From Beijerinckiaceae bacterium (GTDB taxonomy: Bacteria > Pseudomonadota > Alphaproteobacteria > Rhizobiales > Beijerinckiaceae), in assembly GCA_947453155.1 (NCBI GenBank), contig CANGFE010000004.1, positions 7,101 to 71,100 on the forward strand: a stretch of DNA of 64,000 nt. Direction: 5' to 3'. The position numbers were made by a program, and so were the translations under genes. How positions within the stretch are numbered: the first letter of the stretch is position 1; each line of letters begins with the position of its first letter. The notes under the pieces were generated by a model. The model was not told where the DNA came from and made no database searches. It saw only the letters and a list, made by a program, of their open reading frames with translations. This document shows positions 1 through 9,985 of the stretch, in pieces.

Positions 1-664
1 CCAGCGCCGCCACCAAAAAGTGTTGGAAGAAAGCCCCTCACCTGCCTTGAACGCTGAACAGCGTGCCGAGATCGGCGAGATCTGCGCCGCTGCTATGCGC
101 AAGCTGCAATATTCGGGCGCTGGCACGATCGAGTTTCTCTATGAAGACGGGCGTTTCTATTTCATCGAAATGAACACCCGTATTCAGGTCGAGCATCCGG
201 TGACAGAAATGATCACCGGCATTGATCTGGTGAACGAACAGATCCGCATTGCAGCAGGTTCGCCTCTGTCGATCGCCCAAGAAGATGTGCGCTTTGAAGG
301 TGCGGCGATTGAATGCCGCGTCAATGCAGAACATCCCGCGACCTTCCGTCCCTCACCGGGCAAGATTGCCTATTACCATCCCCCCGGTGGCTTGGGCGTG
401 CGCGTCGATTCTGCGGTCTATCAAGGCTATACGATCCCGCCCAATTATGACTCGCTGGTGGGCAAACTCATCGTCCATGGCCGCAACCGCACCGAAGCTC
501 TGATGCGTCTGCGCCGTGCGCTCGACGAATTCATCGTCGATGGCATTGATACAACGCTGCCGCTGTTTCGCACGCTCGTGCGCAATGGCGATGTGCAGAA
601 TGGCGATTACGACATTCACTGGCTGGAAAAATTCTTGGCCACAGGCGGCATGGACGGCGAATAA
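1..664 (+). CDS. accC: Acetyl-CoA carboxylase biotin carboxylase subunit (5'-truncated by window edge)
   Basis: Biotin carboxylase motifs FYFIEMNTRIQVEHPVTE, IECRVNAE, PGGLGVRVDS, YDSLVGKLIVHG. Confidence 0.95.
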   Translation, partial: QRRHQKVLEESPSPALNAEQRAEIGEICAAAMRKLQYSGAGTIEFLYEDGRFYFIEMNTRIQVEHPVTEMITGIDLVNEQIRIAAGSPLSIAQEDVRFEGAAIECRVNAEHPATFRPSPGKIAYYHPPGGLGVRVDSAVYQGYTIPPNYDSLVGKLIVHGRNRTEALMRLRRALDEFIVDGIDTTLPLFRTLVRNGDVQNGDYDIHWLEKFLATGGMDGE

Positions 665-689
665 AATCCGTCGCGCTACAGCAAAGTCA

Positions 690-719
690 AAAATGGCGGG
701 CCTTCGTGCCCGCCATTTT
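690..719 (+). terminator. Stem-loop / intrinsic terminator after accC
   Basis: AAAATGGCGGGC-cttcgt-GCCCGCCATTTT perfect 12-bp stem. Confidence 0.7.
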
Positions 720-765
720 CATATCTGGCTTGACGATTGCGCCCACCCGTCCCACTTTTACCTCC

Positions 766-1446
766 ATGACAACGCCCTTGCCGGAAGATGACAGGTCTGC
801 GGAGATTACGCCGCAAATCTTGTTGCGCGCCTATGCGGTCGGCATGTTTCCCATGTCAGAGGGCGCGGATGATCCGTCCCTTTTCTGGGTCGATCCAGAA
901 ATGCGCGGTGTCTTTCCGCTCGACAAAATGATCATTTCGAAGAGCCTCGCCAAAGTCATTCGCGCAGATCGTTTCGAAGTTCGCGTGGATGATGATTTTG
1001 ACGCGGTGATTGAGGCTTGCGCTGCTGCGGCCCCCGATCGTCACAATACATGGATCAACAGGCGCATCCGCAAACTCTATCGCGATCTTTTTGATTTTGG
1101 TTTCGTCCATACGGTCGAAACATTTTTGGATGGCGAGCGCGTGGGCGGTCTGTATGGCGTAAAGATTGGCGCTGCGTTTTTTGGCGAGAGCATGTTTCAT
1201 CGCGCAACGGATGCGTCAAAAGTCGCGCTGATGCATTTGGTGGCGCGTTTGCGCGCAGGCGGTTTCCGCGTGCTTGATACGCAATTCATCACACCGCATC
1301 TGGCAACATTAGGCGCGGTGGAAGTTCCACGCGATGCCTATCACGTCATGCTTGATGATGCGATTGGTCGCAGCGCAAACTTCTTTGTCTGGCCGAAAGG
1401 CATGCAAGTACCTGGCGCAAAAATTCTTGAGATTTTGAAAGATTAG
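766..1446 (+). CDS. aat: Leucyl/phenylalanyl-tRNA--protein transferase
   Basis: LLRAYAVGMFPM, TWIN, GGLYGV..GAAFFGESMF, ASKVAL, LDTQF motifs; ATG at 766 preferred over 706; accC-aat synteny. Confidence 0.93.
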   Translation: MTTPLPEDDRSAEITPQILLRAYAVGMFPMSEGADDPSLFWVDPEMRGVFPLDKMIISKSLAKVIRADRFEVRVDDDFDAVIEACAAAAPDRHNTWINRRIRKLYRDLFDFGFVHTVETFLDGERVGGLYGVKIGAAFFGESMFHRATDASKVALMHLVARLRAGGFRVLDTQFITPHLATLGAVEVPRDAYHVMLDDAIGRSANFFVWPKGMQVPGAKILEILKD

Positions 1447-2171
1447 CGGCCGCTGGGAATATTGCCCGGTGGCAAAGCAATTGGCGCTTCACGCGCGGTT
1501 GGCAAACGCTGCGGCGCTTGTTGCTGCGCGGGTGCAGGTGAACGCGGTTGAGCGGCAACCGGCGCTTCAATCACAGGCAAAGCTGGCAAATTGGATGGCG
1601 GCGGTGCAGCTGGCGTGCCGGTGCGTGATCCCGGTGCAGCGCCCACTTCAATCGCATTGCCAAGCGGCGGCACGGGGCCTGGTGTGGCTGGTCGTGCAGG
1701 CTGCTGGCGCTGCGCGGGTGTACGCTCAGCTGGTGGTGTCGCATCTCGCAAATCGGCTGTTTCCGGCGGCGTGACGATAATATCTTTGCCACCACGACAA
1801 TCCGTGAGCCAGGCATCATAGACCGGATGTTCAATCGCATGCAGGCCGGGGCTAGCTGCAAACATCCAGCCTGAGAAAATGCGCTTCATCTCAGACTGCG
1901 CGTTGATTTCATCAACTTCGACAAAGCTTGTCGTCTGCGGCGCTTCGGTCGGCGGGCGCGTATAGCAGATGCGCGGTGTGATCTGGATCGTGCCGAACTG
2001 CACCGTCTCATCCATCGCCACATCGAATGTGATGATGCGCCCGGTGATCTTGTCGAGCCCGGCAAAGACAGCGGTCGGATGTTTAATCTTATCGGCCTGC
2101 GCAACGCCCATCCCGCCCGCGAAAGCCGCAGCCGCGAGAAGAAGACGCAAATTTGAAGAAGCTTTGATCAT
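1443..2171 (-). CDS. DUF2155 domain protein with signal peptide and Pro/Ala-rich C-terminal tail
   Basis: AVFAGLDKITGR...FSGWMFAASPGLHAIEHPVYDAWL; usual position downstream of NDUFA12. Confidence 0.85.
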   Translation of the reverse strand: MIKASSNLRLLLAAAAFAGGMGVAQADKIKHPTAVFAGLDKITGRIITFDVAMDETVQFGTIQITPRICYTRPPTEAPQTTSFVEVDEINAQSEMKRIFSGWMFAASPGLHAIEHPVYDAWLTDCRGGKDIIVTPPETADLRDATPPAERTPAQRQQPARPATPGPVPPLGNAIEVGAAPGSRTGTPAAPPPSNLPALPVIEAPVAAQPRSPAPAQQQAPQRLPTAREAPIALPPGNIPSGR

Positions 2172-2239
2172 ATGCCGATTGTCATGCGGGCCAGATGGGG
2201 CGGAAACATGGCTTGAAACCAGCCCGCTGACGAGGGGCT

Positions 2240-2650
2240 TTATTGGCCTGGGGTCCAAGCCTGATAATCGCCCGTCGCTGCCGGACGTTGACCTGAGGCC
2301 AGCGTGGAGCCTGCGGGGCGATAGGCATTGGCTGTGCCCGTCTGATTGGCTTCAAAGGGCAATTCCCAAGAACGCGCTTTGTAGTTTTCAGCGGTCGGGG
2401 GCGTATCGACTGTGTAATGCAGCCAGCCGTACCAGCCGGTCGGCACACTCGAGGCTTCGCTGACGCCACTAAAAATCACCCAGCGGCGCACATAGCCCAG
2501 AGCGGGGTCCATTTTGGCGCCCTTGGTCTGGTAGTAAAGATTGCCGAATTCGTCTTGGCCGACGAGCTCGCCATTGCGCCAGGTGTGGAAACGCGTGTTG
2601 AGCGTCTGCCCATTCCACCAGGTCAAAAGCTGAAGAAGCCAGTTCGGCAT
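2240..2650 (-). CDS. NADH:ubiquinone oxidoreductase subunit NDUFA12 family protein
   Basis: TWWNGQT, GELVGQDEFGNLYY, RRWV, GWYGWLH, NQTGT..AYRP, GDYQAWTP. Confidence 0.92.
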   Translation of the reverse strand: MPNWLLQLLTWWNGQTLNTRFHTWRNGELVGQDEFGNLYYQTKGAKMDPALGYVRRWVIFSGVSEASSVPTGWYGWLHYTVDTPPTAENYKARSWELPFEANQTGTANAYRPAGSTLASGQRPAATGDYQAWTPGQ

Positions 2651-3042
2651 GAGAATCCCCGTTGCGCGGCATAAGGTGCGGCGCGGAATATGCCCCCCGC
2701 TCCCCGCCCTGTCCAGCACACAAGCGCCAAAACTGCGCATCGATTCGTAGGGGGCTGCTAGCGAAAGCCTAATCGACTGGTTCGGCTTCCGATTCGAGCT
2801 TTACCTATGGGGATTCGAGCGAATTTGCGGCGCCGCTCACGCCATCCCCAGCTGCCCCAACATCAGGCGTGGCGCAACTAGCCACAAGTCTTTGGGGCCC
2901 ATTTGGGGGTATGTGGGGTTGAAAAACCACGCTAATCCCAACTTGTACAAGCCCCTCAAAATCCCCGTTTGGGGACGAAACACTATAGTTAACAGGGACT
3001 TGTATCGGGCGATTCTGAGTCATCCCCAATCTTCACAGGAAG

Positions 3043-3086
3043 CACAACATCTAGTCCCGCGATCAAATCGAAACACAAGACCTTGA
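3043..3086 (+). promoter_or_regulatory. Tandem NrdR boxes upstream of nrdJ
   Basis: CACAACATCTAGT (3043) and CACAAGACCTTGA (3074), 31 bp apart, resembling the NrdR consensus acaCwAtATaTwGtg, upstream of an RNR gene. Confidence 0.7.
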
Positions 3087-3295
3087 CGAAAGACGCGCGC
3101 CGGTTCACCTTGTGTCCATCGCTGATTGCCACTTGCAACGCGCCGGAAACAGGCTGCGCCTTGAGAGGGAATAAGCAAGGCAGAAGCGCCCCCAACGAGG
3201 CGCGCTGCCTTTGAGTGCTCCGGATGCCTCACAAGGGTGAACGGCCAGTTTCGTCAAGAATTGTGTTTTGGAATCAGGGCTGTGGAAACGGCCCC
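3082..3295 (+). ncRNA. Candidate structured 5' leader RNA of nrdJ
   Basis: Long-range pairings 3082-3091/3249-3258 and 3103-3114/3230-3242, internal hairpin 3177-3211, GGAA-tetraloop hairpin 3278-3295. Confidence 0.55.
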
Positions 3296-3338
3296 GCGGG
3301 GACGGGTGTCTCACGCGTGAATGACAGGGAAGACGTGA

Positions 3339-6300
3339 ATGCGCATCGAGCGGCGGTATACGAAGGCAGGCCAGGGCCCCTACGCGGGCATTGAATTCCG
3401 TAAGGGCAAGAGCGAAATCCGCAATCCGGATGGCTCGGTGGTCTTCTCGCAAGACAATATTGACGTGCCAGCGACCTGGAGCCAGGTGGCGACAGACGTC
3501 ATTGCGCAAAAATACTTCCGCAAGGCCGGCGTGCCGGCTCGCCTGAAGAAGGTGGAAGAAAATGATGTGCCGTCCTTCCTCTGGCGCTCAGTCGCCGATG
3601 AAGCGGCGCTGGAAAAGCTGCCGAAGGAAGAGCGCTACGGTTCGGAAAAGACTGCCACAGACGTGTTCCATCGTCTGGCCGGCGCCTGGACCTATTGGGG
3701 CTGGAAGGGCAAGTATTTCAACACTGAAGAAGACGCACTCGCCTTCTACGAAGAACTCTGCTCGATGCTCGCGCGCCAAATCGCTGCGCCGAACTCCCCG
3801 CAATGGTTCAACACGGGCCTGCATTGGGCCTATGGCATTGATGGTCCGGGCCAAGGCCATTTCTATGTCGACTATAAGACCGGCAAGCTGACCGCTTCCA
3901 AGTCTTCCTATGAGCATCCGCAGCCGCATGCTTGCTTCATTCAGTCGGTCGCTGACGATCTCGTCAACGAAGGCGGCATTATGGATCTTTGGGTGCGTGA
4001 AGCGCGCCTGTTCAAATATGGCTCGGGCACAGGTTCGAACTTCTCGAAACTGCGTGGCGAAAGCGAAAAGCTCTCAGGCGGCGGTAAGTCGTCGGGCCTC
4101 ATGTCCTTCCTCAAGATCGGCGACCGTGCAGCGGGCGCGATCAAGTCGGGCGGCACGACACGTCGCGCGGCCAAAATGGTTGTCGTTGATGCCGACCATC
4201 CGGATATCGAATCCTACATCGACTGGAAGGTGAAGGAAGAAGAGAAGGTCGCCTCGTTGGTGGCCGGTTCCAAGATCGTCAAGAAGCACATGAAGGCCAT
4301 TTTGAAGGCCGCCGTGAATTGCGAAGGCGATGGCGATGATTGCTACAACCCGGAAAAGAATCCGGCGTTGAAGAAGGCGATCAAAATGGCTCGCCGCGAC
4401 AGCGTGCCGGATAGCTACATCAAGCGCGTGATCCAGTTCGCCAAGCAGGGCTACACGGAAATCCAGTTCGAAACTTATGACACCGACTGGGATTCAGAAG
4501 CCTATCTGACGGTCGCTGGCCAGAACTCGAACAATTCTGTGCGCGTCACGGATGACTTCCTGCGCGCCGTCGAAAATGACGAAGACTGGAACCTCATCCG
4601 CCGCACCGATGGCAAATTGCACAAGACGCTCAAGGCCAAGGATCTTTGGGAAAAGATCGGCTATGCCGCTTGGGCGTCTGCTGATCCCGGTCTGCAATAT
4701 GACACGACGATCAATGACTGGCACACCTGCCCGGCATCAGGCCGCATCAATGCGTCCAACCCGTGCTCGGAATATATGTTCCTTGACGATACGGCCTGCA
4801 ATCTTGCTTCGCTGAACCTGCTCACCTTCCGCGACCCGAAAACTGGCGAATTCGACATTGTCTCCTACGAACATGCTGTTCGTTTGTGGACCGTCGTTCT
4901 CGAAATCTCGGTGCTGATGGCGCAGTTCCCGTCGAAGGAAATTGCGCAGCTGTCTTATGAATATCGCACGCTGGGGCTGGGCTATGCCAACGTTGGCGGC
5001 CTGCTCATGTCGTCGGGCTTCAGCTATGACTCGGATGAAGGCCGCGCAATTTGCGGTGCACTCTCCGCAATCATGACCGGCATTTGCTACGCCACCTCCG
5101 CCGAAATGGCGAAGGAGCATGGTCCCTTCCCCGGCCACAAGCCGAACAAGGACAATATGCTGCGCGTCATCCGCAATCACCGCCGCGCCGCGCACGGCAA
5201 TGGCGATGGTTACGAGGCTCTCTCGATCACACCCGTGCCGCTCGATCATGCCACGCTCAATGGCATGAAGCAGAATGGCAAAGTGTTCATCGAACGCGCC
5301 AAGCACGCCTGGGATCAGGCTTTGGCTCTGGGTGAAAAGCACGGCTATCGCAATGCGCAGACAACCGTCGTCGCCCCGACCGGCACGATCGGCCTCGTCA
5401 TGGATTGCGACACGACCGGCATTGAGCCTGACTTCGCACTCGTGAAGTTCAAGAAGCTCGCAGGCGGTGGTTATTTCAAGATCATCAACCGTGCGGTGCC
5501 CGAAGCTCTGCGTGCGCTTGGCTATAGCGAAGCACAGCTCGCTGAGATCGAAGCTTTCGCAGTCGGCCATGCCTCGCTGCGTCAGTCGCCGGGCGTCAAC
5601 CATGCAACTTTGCGCGCCAAGGGCTTTACGGACCAGAAGTTGGAAGAACTCGAAAAGACCCTCGCTGGCGCTTTCGACATCAAGTTCGTCTTCAACAAAT
5701 GGTCGCTGGGTGCGGACTTCCTCACAGGCGCTCTGAAGGTTCCGGCTGAAAAGCTCGACGATCCGACGTTCGAACTGCTGCCCTTCCTCGGCTTCACCAA
5801 GACCGAGATCGAAATGGCCAATACGCATGTTTGCGGCGCGATGACGCTGGAAGGCGCACCGCATCTCAAGCAAGAGCATTATTCGGTCTTCGATTGCGCC
5901 AATCCTTGCGGTCGTACGGGCAAGCGTTATCTGTCGGTCGAGAGCCACATTCGCATGATGGCGGCAGCACAGCCCTTCATCACGGGTGCGATCTCCAAGA
6001 CGATCAACATGCCCAATGACGCAACGGTGGAAGATTGTAAGGAAGCTTACGTTCTCTCCTGGCGCCTCGCTCTCAAGGCCAATGCGCTCTATCGCGATGG
6101 TTCAAAGCTCTCGCAGCCGCTCAACTCGCAGCTCATCTCTGATGATGAGGACGAGGATGAAGATGGCATGGACGCGATTGCCGCCCTGCCCGCCTCCGCG
6201 CGTGCATCGGCTGTGGCTGAGAAGATTGTTGAGCGTATCGTTGAGCGTGTGGAGCGTACGCGCGAGCGTGAGCGTCTGCCTGATCGCCGCAAGGGTTACA

Positions 6301-7037
6301 CCCAGAAGGCGGTTGTGGGTGGCCACAAGGTCTATCTGCGCACCGGCGAATATCAGGATGGTCGCATCGGGGAAATCTTCATCGACATGCATAAGGAAGG
6401 CGCTGCCTTCCGCTCGTTGATGAACAATTTCGCCATCGCCATCTCGGTCGGCCTGCAATATGGCGTGCCGCTGGATGAATATGTCGATGCCTTCACCTTC
6501 ACCCGCTTCGAGCCAGCCGGCTTCGTGCAGGGCAATGACGCGATCAAGAACGCCACGTCGATCCTCGACTATGTGTTCCGTGAACTCGCCATTTCCTACC
6601 TCGGCCGCAATGATCTTGCCCATGTCGACCCCTCCGACATTGGCTCGACGGCCATCGGCAAGGGCGAAGACCAGGGCCGCGCACCGGCCACCACCACCCA
6701 GCAATATGTCTCGCGCGGTTTCGTTCGCTCGAAGACTGACAAGCTGATGGTCGTGCACGGCGGTGCGGAAGCACTCGCCACTGTGGGTGCAACGGCACTG
6801 AAGAACGAAGTCAGCTTCCGCGAGGAAGTGAGCGCGGTCACGACGGAACTCGACACGCTGGATTGGCAGGCTCCTGCCGCGAAGTCGGCGGGTCCGTCGA
6901 TTGCGGACAAGCGCGCTGAAGCCCGCATGAAGGGCTATGTCGGCGAATCCTGCCCCGAATGCGCGAACTTCACACTGGTGCGCAACGGCACTTGCTTGAA
7001 GTGCGACACTTGCGGATCAACAACGGGTTGCTCGTGA
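3339..7037 (+). CDS. nrdJ: Vitamin B12-dependent (class II) ribonucleotide reductase
   Basis: [24 protein letters not shown], catalytic NPCSE, APTGTI, C-terminal TSCPD-like region and CPEC...[14 protein letters not shown] tail. Confidence 0.97.
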   Translation: MRIERRYTKAGQGPYAGIEFRKGKSEIRNPDGSVVFSQDNIDVPATWSQVATDVIAQKYFRKAGVPARLKKVEENDVPSFLWRSVADEAALEKLPKEERYGSEKTATDVFHRLAGAWTYWGWKGKYFNTEEDALAFYEELCSMLARQIAAPNSPQWFNTGLHWAYGIDGPGQGHFYVDYKTGKLTASKSSYEHPQPHACFIQSVADDLVNEGGIMDLWVREARLFKYGSGTGSNFSKLRGESEKLSGGGKSSGLMSFLKIGDRAAGAIKSGGTTRRAAKMVVVDADHPDIESYIDWKVKEEEKVASLVAGSKIVKKHMKAILKAAVNCEGDGDDCYNPEKNPALKKAIKMARRDSVPDSYIKRVIQFAKQGYTEIQFETYDTDWDSEAYLTVAGQNSNNSVRVTDDFLRAVENDEDWNLIRRTDGKLHKTLKAKDLWEKIGYAAWASADPGLQYDTTINDWHTCPASGRINASNPCSEYMFLDDTACNLASLNLLTFRDPKTGEFDIVSYEHAVRLWTVVLEISVLMAQFPSKEIAQLSYEYRTLGLGYANVGGLLMSSGFSYDSDEGRAICGALSAIMTGICYATSAEMAKEHGPFPGHKPNKDNMLRVIRNHRRAAHGNGDGYEALSITPVPLDHATLNGMKQNGKVFIERAKHAWDQALALGEKHGYRNAQTTVVAPTGTIGLVMDCDTTGIEPDFALVKFKKLAGGGYFKIINRAVPEALRALGYSEAQLAEIEAFAVGHASLRQSPGVNHATLRAKGFTDQKLEELEKTLAGAFDIKFVFNKWSLGADFLTGALKVPAEKLDDPTFELLPFLGFTKTEIEMANTHVCGAMTLEGAPHLKQEHYSVFDCANPCGRTGKRYLSVESHIRMMAAAQPFITGAISKTINMPNDATVEDCKEAYVLSWRLALKANALYRDGSKLSQPLNSQLISDDEDEDEDGMDAIAALPASARASAVAEKIVERIVERVERTRERERLPDRRKGYTQKAVVGGHKVYLRTGEYQDGRIGEIFIDMHKEGAAFRSLMNNFAIAISVGLQYGVPLDEYVDAFTFTRFEPAGFVQGNDAIKNATSILDYVFRELAISYLGRNDLAHVDPSDIGSTAIGKGEDQGRAPATTTQQYVSRGFVRSKTDKLMVVHGGAEALATVGATALKNEVSFREEVSAVTTELDTLDWQAPAAKSAGPSIADKRAEARMKGYVGESCPECANFTLVRNGTCLKCDTCGSTTGCS

Positions 7038-7066
7038 TCAGCTGATGGCATTCTTCTGAAATAAAG

Positions 7067-7095
7067 ACGGCGGGGCAAAACCCCGCCGTTTTTTT
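7067..7095 (+). terminator. Rho-independent terminator of nrdJ
   Basis: ACGGCGGGG-caaaa-CCCCGCCGT followed by T-run. Confidence 0.88.
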
Positions 7096-7220
7096 GCGCG
7101 CATTTTCAGAGCAAGCCGATTGAAGATGCGCGATTTTTCCTCAAGGCCGCTGGGGCCCTCAAAACAGCCCCCCCGCTAGCGATCTCCTAAGCGTCAGAAA
7201 AACAAACAAGATTTTTCGTC

Positions 7221-7237
7221 GTTAATATCATTTTAAG
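7221..7237. promoter_or_regulatory. CtrA binding site upstream of Flp pilin genes
   Basis: gTTAA-tatcatt-TTAAg; reads TTAA-N7-TTAAC on the minus strand (full CtrA consensus); pilA is a known CtrA target in Caulobacter. Confidence 0.75.
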
Positions 7238-7366
7238 TCTGACGTGGACTTTGCGGCAACCATCAAGCTTTCATTCACCTGCAAGCGAGAGAAATGGCTT
7301 GGCTGTTTTTTATTCGAGCTTGCGAAAAAAGATTTCAGATGCGGATTTTCAAAAGGAATTTTTCAG

Positions 7367-7591
7367 ATGCTCAAGATCAAGTCTCTTCTCACCGATGAAT
7401 CCGGTGCTACGGCCGTTGAATATGGCCTCATCATTGCTCTGGTTGCCGCCATTTCCATGACGACGATCAAAACCCTCGGGCAGAACCTCGCCACGCATTG
7501 GCAAGCTGTCGAGAAAGTTATTCCGTCGGATGTCGGCTCAATTGTGAAGTCGACGACCATCACAGAAACCACGGGCAACCCGACCCCCTGA
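7367..7591 (+). CDS. Flp family type IVc pilin (copy 1)
   Basis: DESG|ATAVEYGLIIALVA prepilin motif; AAGGA RBS before ATG 7367. Confidence 0.9.
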   Translation: MLKIKSLLTDESGATAVEYGLIIALVAAISMTTIKTLGQNLATHWQAVEKVIPSDVGSIVKSTTITETTGNPTP

Positions 7592-7634
7592 TAAGGGCTC
7601 TGAGCACGTCTTCGCATCTGAAAATTCATGGCCC

Positions 7635-7671
7635 GGATCGTCATTGATCAGTACCCTCTCAATGACGATCC
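7635..7671. repeat. 13-bp perfect inverted repeat between the pilin genes
   Basis: GGATCGTCATTGA-N11-TCAATGACGATCC. Confidence 0.75.
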
Positions 7672-7721
7672 CGCCAAGAATGATGATCAGAGCGAAACCA
7701 CACCACAAAGGATGACGCGCC

Positions 7722-7940
7722 ATGTTGAACAGATTTATGGCGGATGAAAGCGGCGCCACAGCCGTCGAATATGGCCTGATGATTGCGATCATCGCAGCCA
7801 TCTCGATGACGACAATTAAAACGATTGGTCAAAACCTTGCCACGCACTGGCAGGCCGTCGATGCCGTCATTCCTGCCGATGTTGCATCCATCGTCAAACC
7901 CACGACGATTGAAGAGACAACAGGAAACCCCGCCCCCTGA
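7722..7940 (+). CDS. Flp family type IVc pilin (copy 2)
   Basis: DESG|ATAVEYGLMIAIIA; close paralogue of copy 1. Confidence 0.9.
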   Translation: MLNRFMADESGATAVEYGLMIAIIAAISMTTIKTIGQNLATHWQAVDAVIPADVASIVKPTTIEETTGNPAP

Positions 7941-7955
7941 GCTGATGATAAGCGG

Positions 7956-8693
7956 CTAGTGCAGAATCTGGCTGAGGAAAAGCTTCGTGCGTTCATGCTG
8001 CGGATTTGAGAAAAACGCCTCCGGCGCATTTGCTTCGACAATTTGACCCTGATCCATAAAGATCACGCGGTCGGCGACCTGGCGTGCAAATCCCATTTCA
8101 TGGGTCACGCAGAGCATGGTCATGCCCTCTTGTGCGAGCGACACCATTGTGTCGAGCACTTCCTTCACCATTTCCGGATCCAGAGCTGAGGTCGGCTCAT
8201 CAAAGAGTATGATCTTGGGGCTCATGCAAAGCGAGCGCGCAATGGCGACGCGTTGCTGCTGCCCACCCGACAATTGTCCGGGAAATTTATGCGCCTGCTC
8301 GGGGATTTTCACCCGCGTCAGATAATGCATGGCGATCTCTTCGGCATCCTTCTTCTTCATCTTGCGCACCCAGATCGGTGCCAAGGTGCAGTTTTCCAGA
8401 ATGGTCAGATGCGGAAACAGATTGAAATGCTGGAATACCATGCCGACATCGCGGCGCACTTCGTCAATGCGCTTGAGATCATTGGTAAGCTCAGTGCCAT
8501 CGACAATAATTTTGCCCTGCTGATGCTCTTCCAACCGATTGATGCAACGGATCATGGTCGATTTGCCCGAGCCTGAGGGCCCGCAAATGACGAGTTTCTC
8601 GCCACGCTTCACGGTAAGATTGATGTCGCGCAGCACATGAAACTGGCCGTACCATTTATTCATGGCCGTAATTTCAATGGCATTCTCGGTCAT
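7956..8693 (-). CDS. aapP: General L-amino acid ABC transporter ATP-binding subunit
   Basis: [33 protein letters not shown]; last gene of aapJQMP. Confidence 0.92.
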   Translation of the reverse strand: MTENAIEITAMNKWYGQFHVLRDINLTVKRGEKLVICGPSGSGKSTMIRCINRLEEHQQGKIIVDGTELTNDLKRIDEVRRDVGMVFQHFNLFPHLTILENCTLAPIWVRKMKKKDAEEIAMHYLTRVKIPEQAHKFPGQLSGGQQQRVAIARSLCMSPKIILFDEPTSALDPEMVKEVLDTMVSLAQEGMTMLCVTHEMGFARQVADRVIFMDQGQIVEANAPEAFFSNPQHERTKLFLSQILH

Positions 8694-8703
8694 GGCAAAA
8701 ACC

Positions 8704-9984
8704 CTAGCGGCGGCGTCCGGCATTGAGGCGCTCTTCCATCATTTGGGAATAGCGCGACATGCCGAAGCAGAAGATGAAGTAGAAGGCGGCTGCGAAAGTA
8801 TAGACCGTTGGCGACACCGTCGGCCCCGACCAGACCGGATCAATGCGCGCCGCATCAATGGCGCGCAGAAAATCGAAGATGCCAACAATGGCGACCAGAG
8901 TCGTGTCTTTGAACAGCGAGATGAAAATATTCACAATGCCCGGGATCACCAAGGTCAAAGCTTGCGGCAGAATGATGAGACGCATGCGTTGCCAATAGGA
9001 TAGGCCCAAAGCCATGGCGCCTTCGCTCTGGCCTTTCGGGATGGCCTGCAACCCGCCGCGCACTTCTTCCGCCATATAGGCGGCGGCAAACAGAGCAAAG
9101 CCGACAATGGGGCGCATGAGGCGATCGGGCGACCAATTGTCGGGCACGAAAAGCGGCAACATGGTGTTGGCCATAAACAGCACGGTGATGAAGGGCACGC
9201 CGCGCACGAATTCAATGTAAAGGATCGAGAAGAACCGGACCGCGGGTAATTCCGAGCGGCGACCCAGTGCCAGCAAAATGCCTGCGGGGAGTGAGAAGAC
9301 GATGCCGATAGTAGCCACCAGCAGGCTCAGGAAAATACCGCCCCAGAGATTGGTATCCACATGGATGAGCCCGAGCAGCGGTGAGCCCTTCAGCAAATAA
9401 GCGCCGAGGACTGGATAGAGCACAAAGAAGATCAGCCCCACCCACAGCGTGCGCAATTTGGAAAATTCAAGCGCACAGGCCAGTGCAATGCCGCCTGCCA
9501 AAATCGCCAGTTCCAAACTCGGTTCGCGGATAATAGCTGCGGGGCCGGGGATCATTAGGAAGATAAAGAGAGGAATGCCGATGAGAAAAGCGAAAAGGCC
9601 AAAGGTGCTCTTCTTGCCATCAGGCCAGAGCAATCGCGCAGACAGCACAGTCCCCAGCATGATCACAACATCAACGCGCCAATGTTCTGCGACCGGATAA
9701 GAGCCATAGCGGAAGAAATCGAGTTTGCGATCCACAAAGGCCCAGCACGCGCCGGTGCCTTGCACACGACAGGCTGCGCCATCGTCAGCCGTCCAGATCG
9801 CATCAAGAATGAAGAAGCGAACAAGATCAGGCGTCACCCAGACGATCAGCGCGATAAAGGCCAGAGCCAGCGGGCCCGATACCCAGCCGGAAAAAATATT
9901 GTCTTTGAGCCAGCCGATGGCGCCACCCGCGCGGACGGGCGGCGGCATTGTCGGAGCTTCATCTCGGCGCAGATAGAGGCTCAT
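8704..9984 (-). CDS. aapM: General L-amino acid ABC transporter permease
   Basis: [46 protein letters not shown]. Confidence 0.9.
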   Translation of the reverse strand: MSLYLRRDEAPTMPPPVRAGGAIGWLKDNIFSGWVSGPLALAFIALIVWVTPDLVRFFILDAIWTADDGAACRVQGTGACWAFVDRKLDFFRYGSYPVAEHWRVDVVIMLGTVLSARLLWPDGKKSTFGLFAFLIGIPLFIFLMIPGPAAIIREPSLELAILAGGIALACALEFSKLRTLWVGLIFFVLYPVLGAYLLKGSPLLGLIHVDTNLWGGIFLSLLVATIGIVFSLPAGILLALGRRSELPAVRFFSILYIEFVRGVPFITVLFMANTMLPLFVPDNWSPDRLMRPIVGFALFAAAYMAEEVRGGLQAIPKGQSEGAMALGLSYWQRMRLIILPQALTLVIPGIVNIFISLFKDTTLVAIVGIFDFLRAIDAARIDPVWSGPTVSPTVYTFAAAFYFIFCFGMSRYSQMMEERLNAGRRR

Positions 9985-9985
9985 G

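Noticed and set aside
2855-2897. Additional NrdR-like boxes (CCCAACATCAGG, CACAAGTCTTTG)
   Set aside because: Weaker matches with ~27-bp spacing; cannot be supported without a PWM scan
4737-5948. 403-aa minus-strand ORF inside nrdJ
   Set aside because: Antisense shadow of a strongly codon-biased gene; no recognisable motifs
3339-7037. Possible intein or intron in the long nrdJ
   Set aside because: No intein splice or LAGLIDADG motifs; length fits fused alphaproteobacterial NrdJ
7244-7366. 41-aa N-terminal extension of pilin 1 in the ORF track
   Set aside because: RBS and paralogue alignment support ATG 7367
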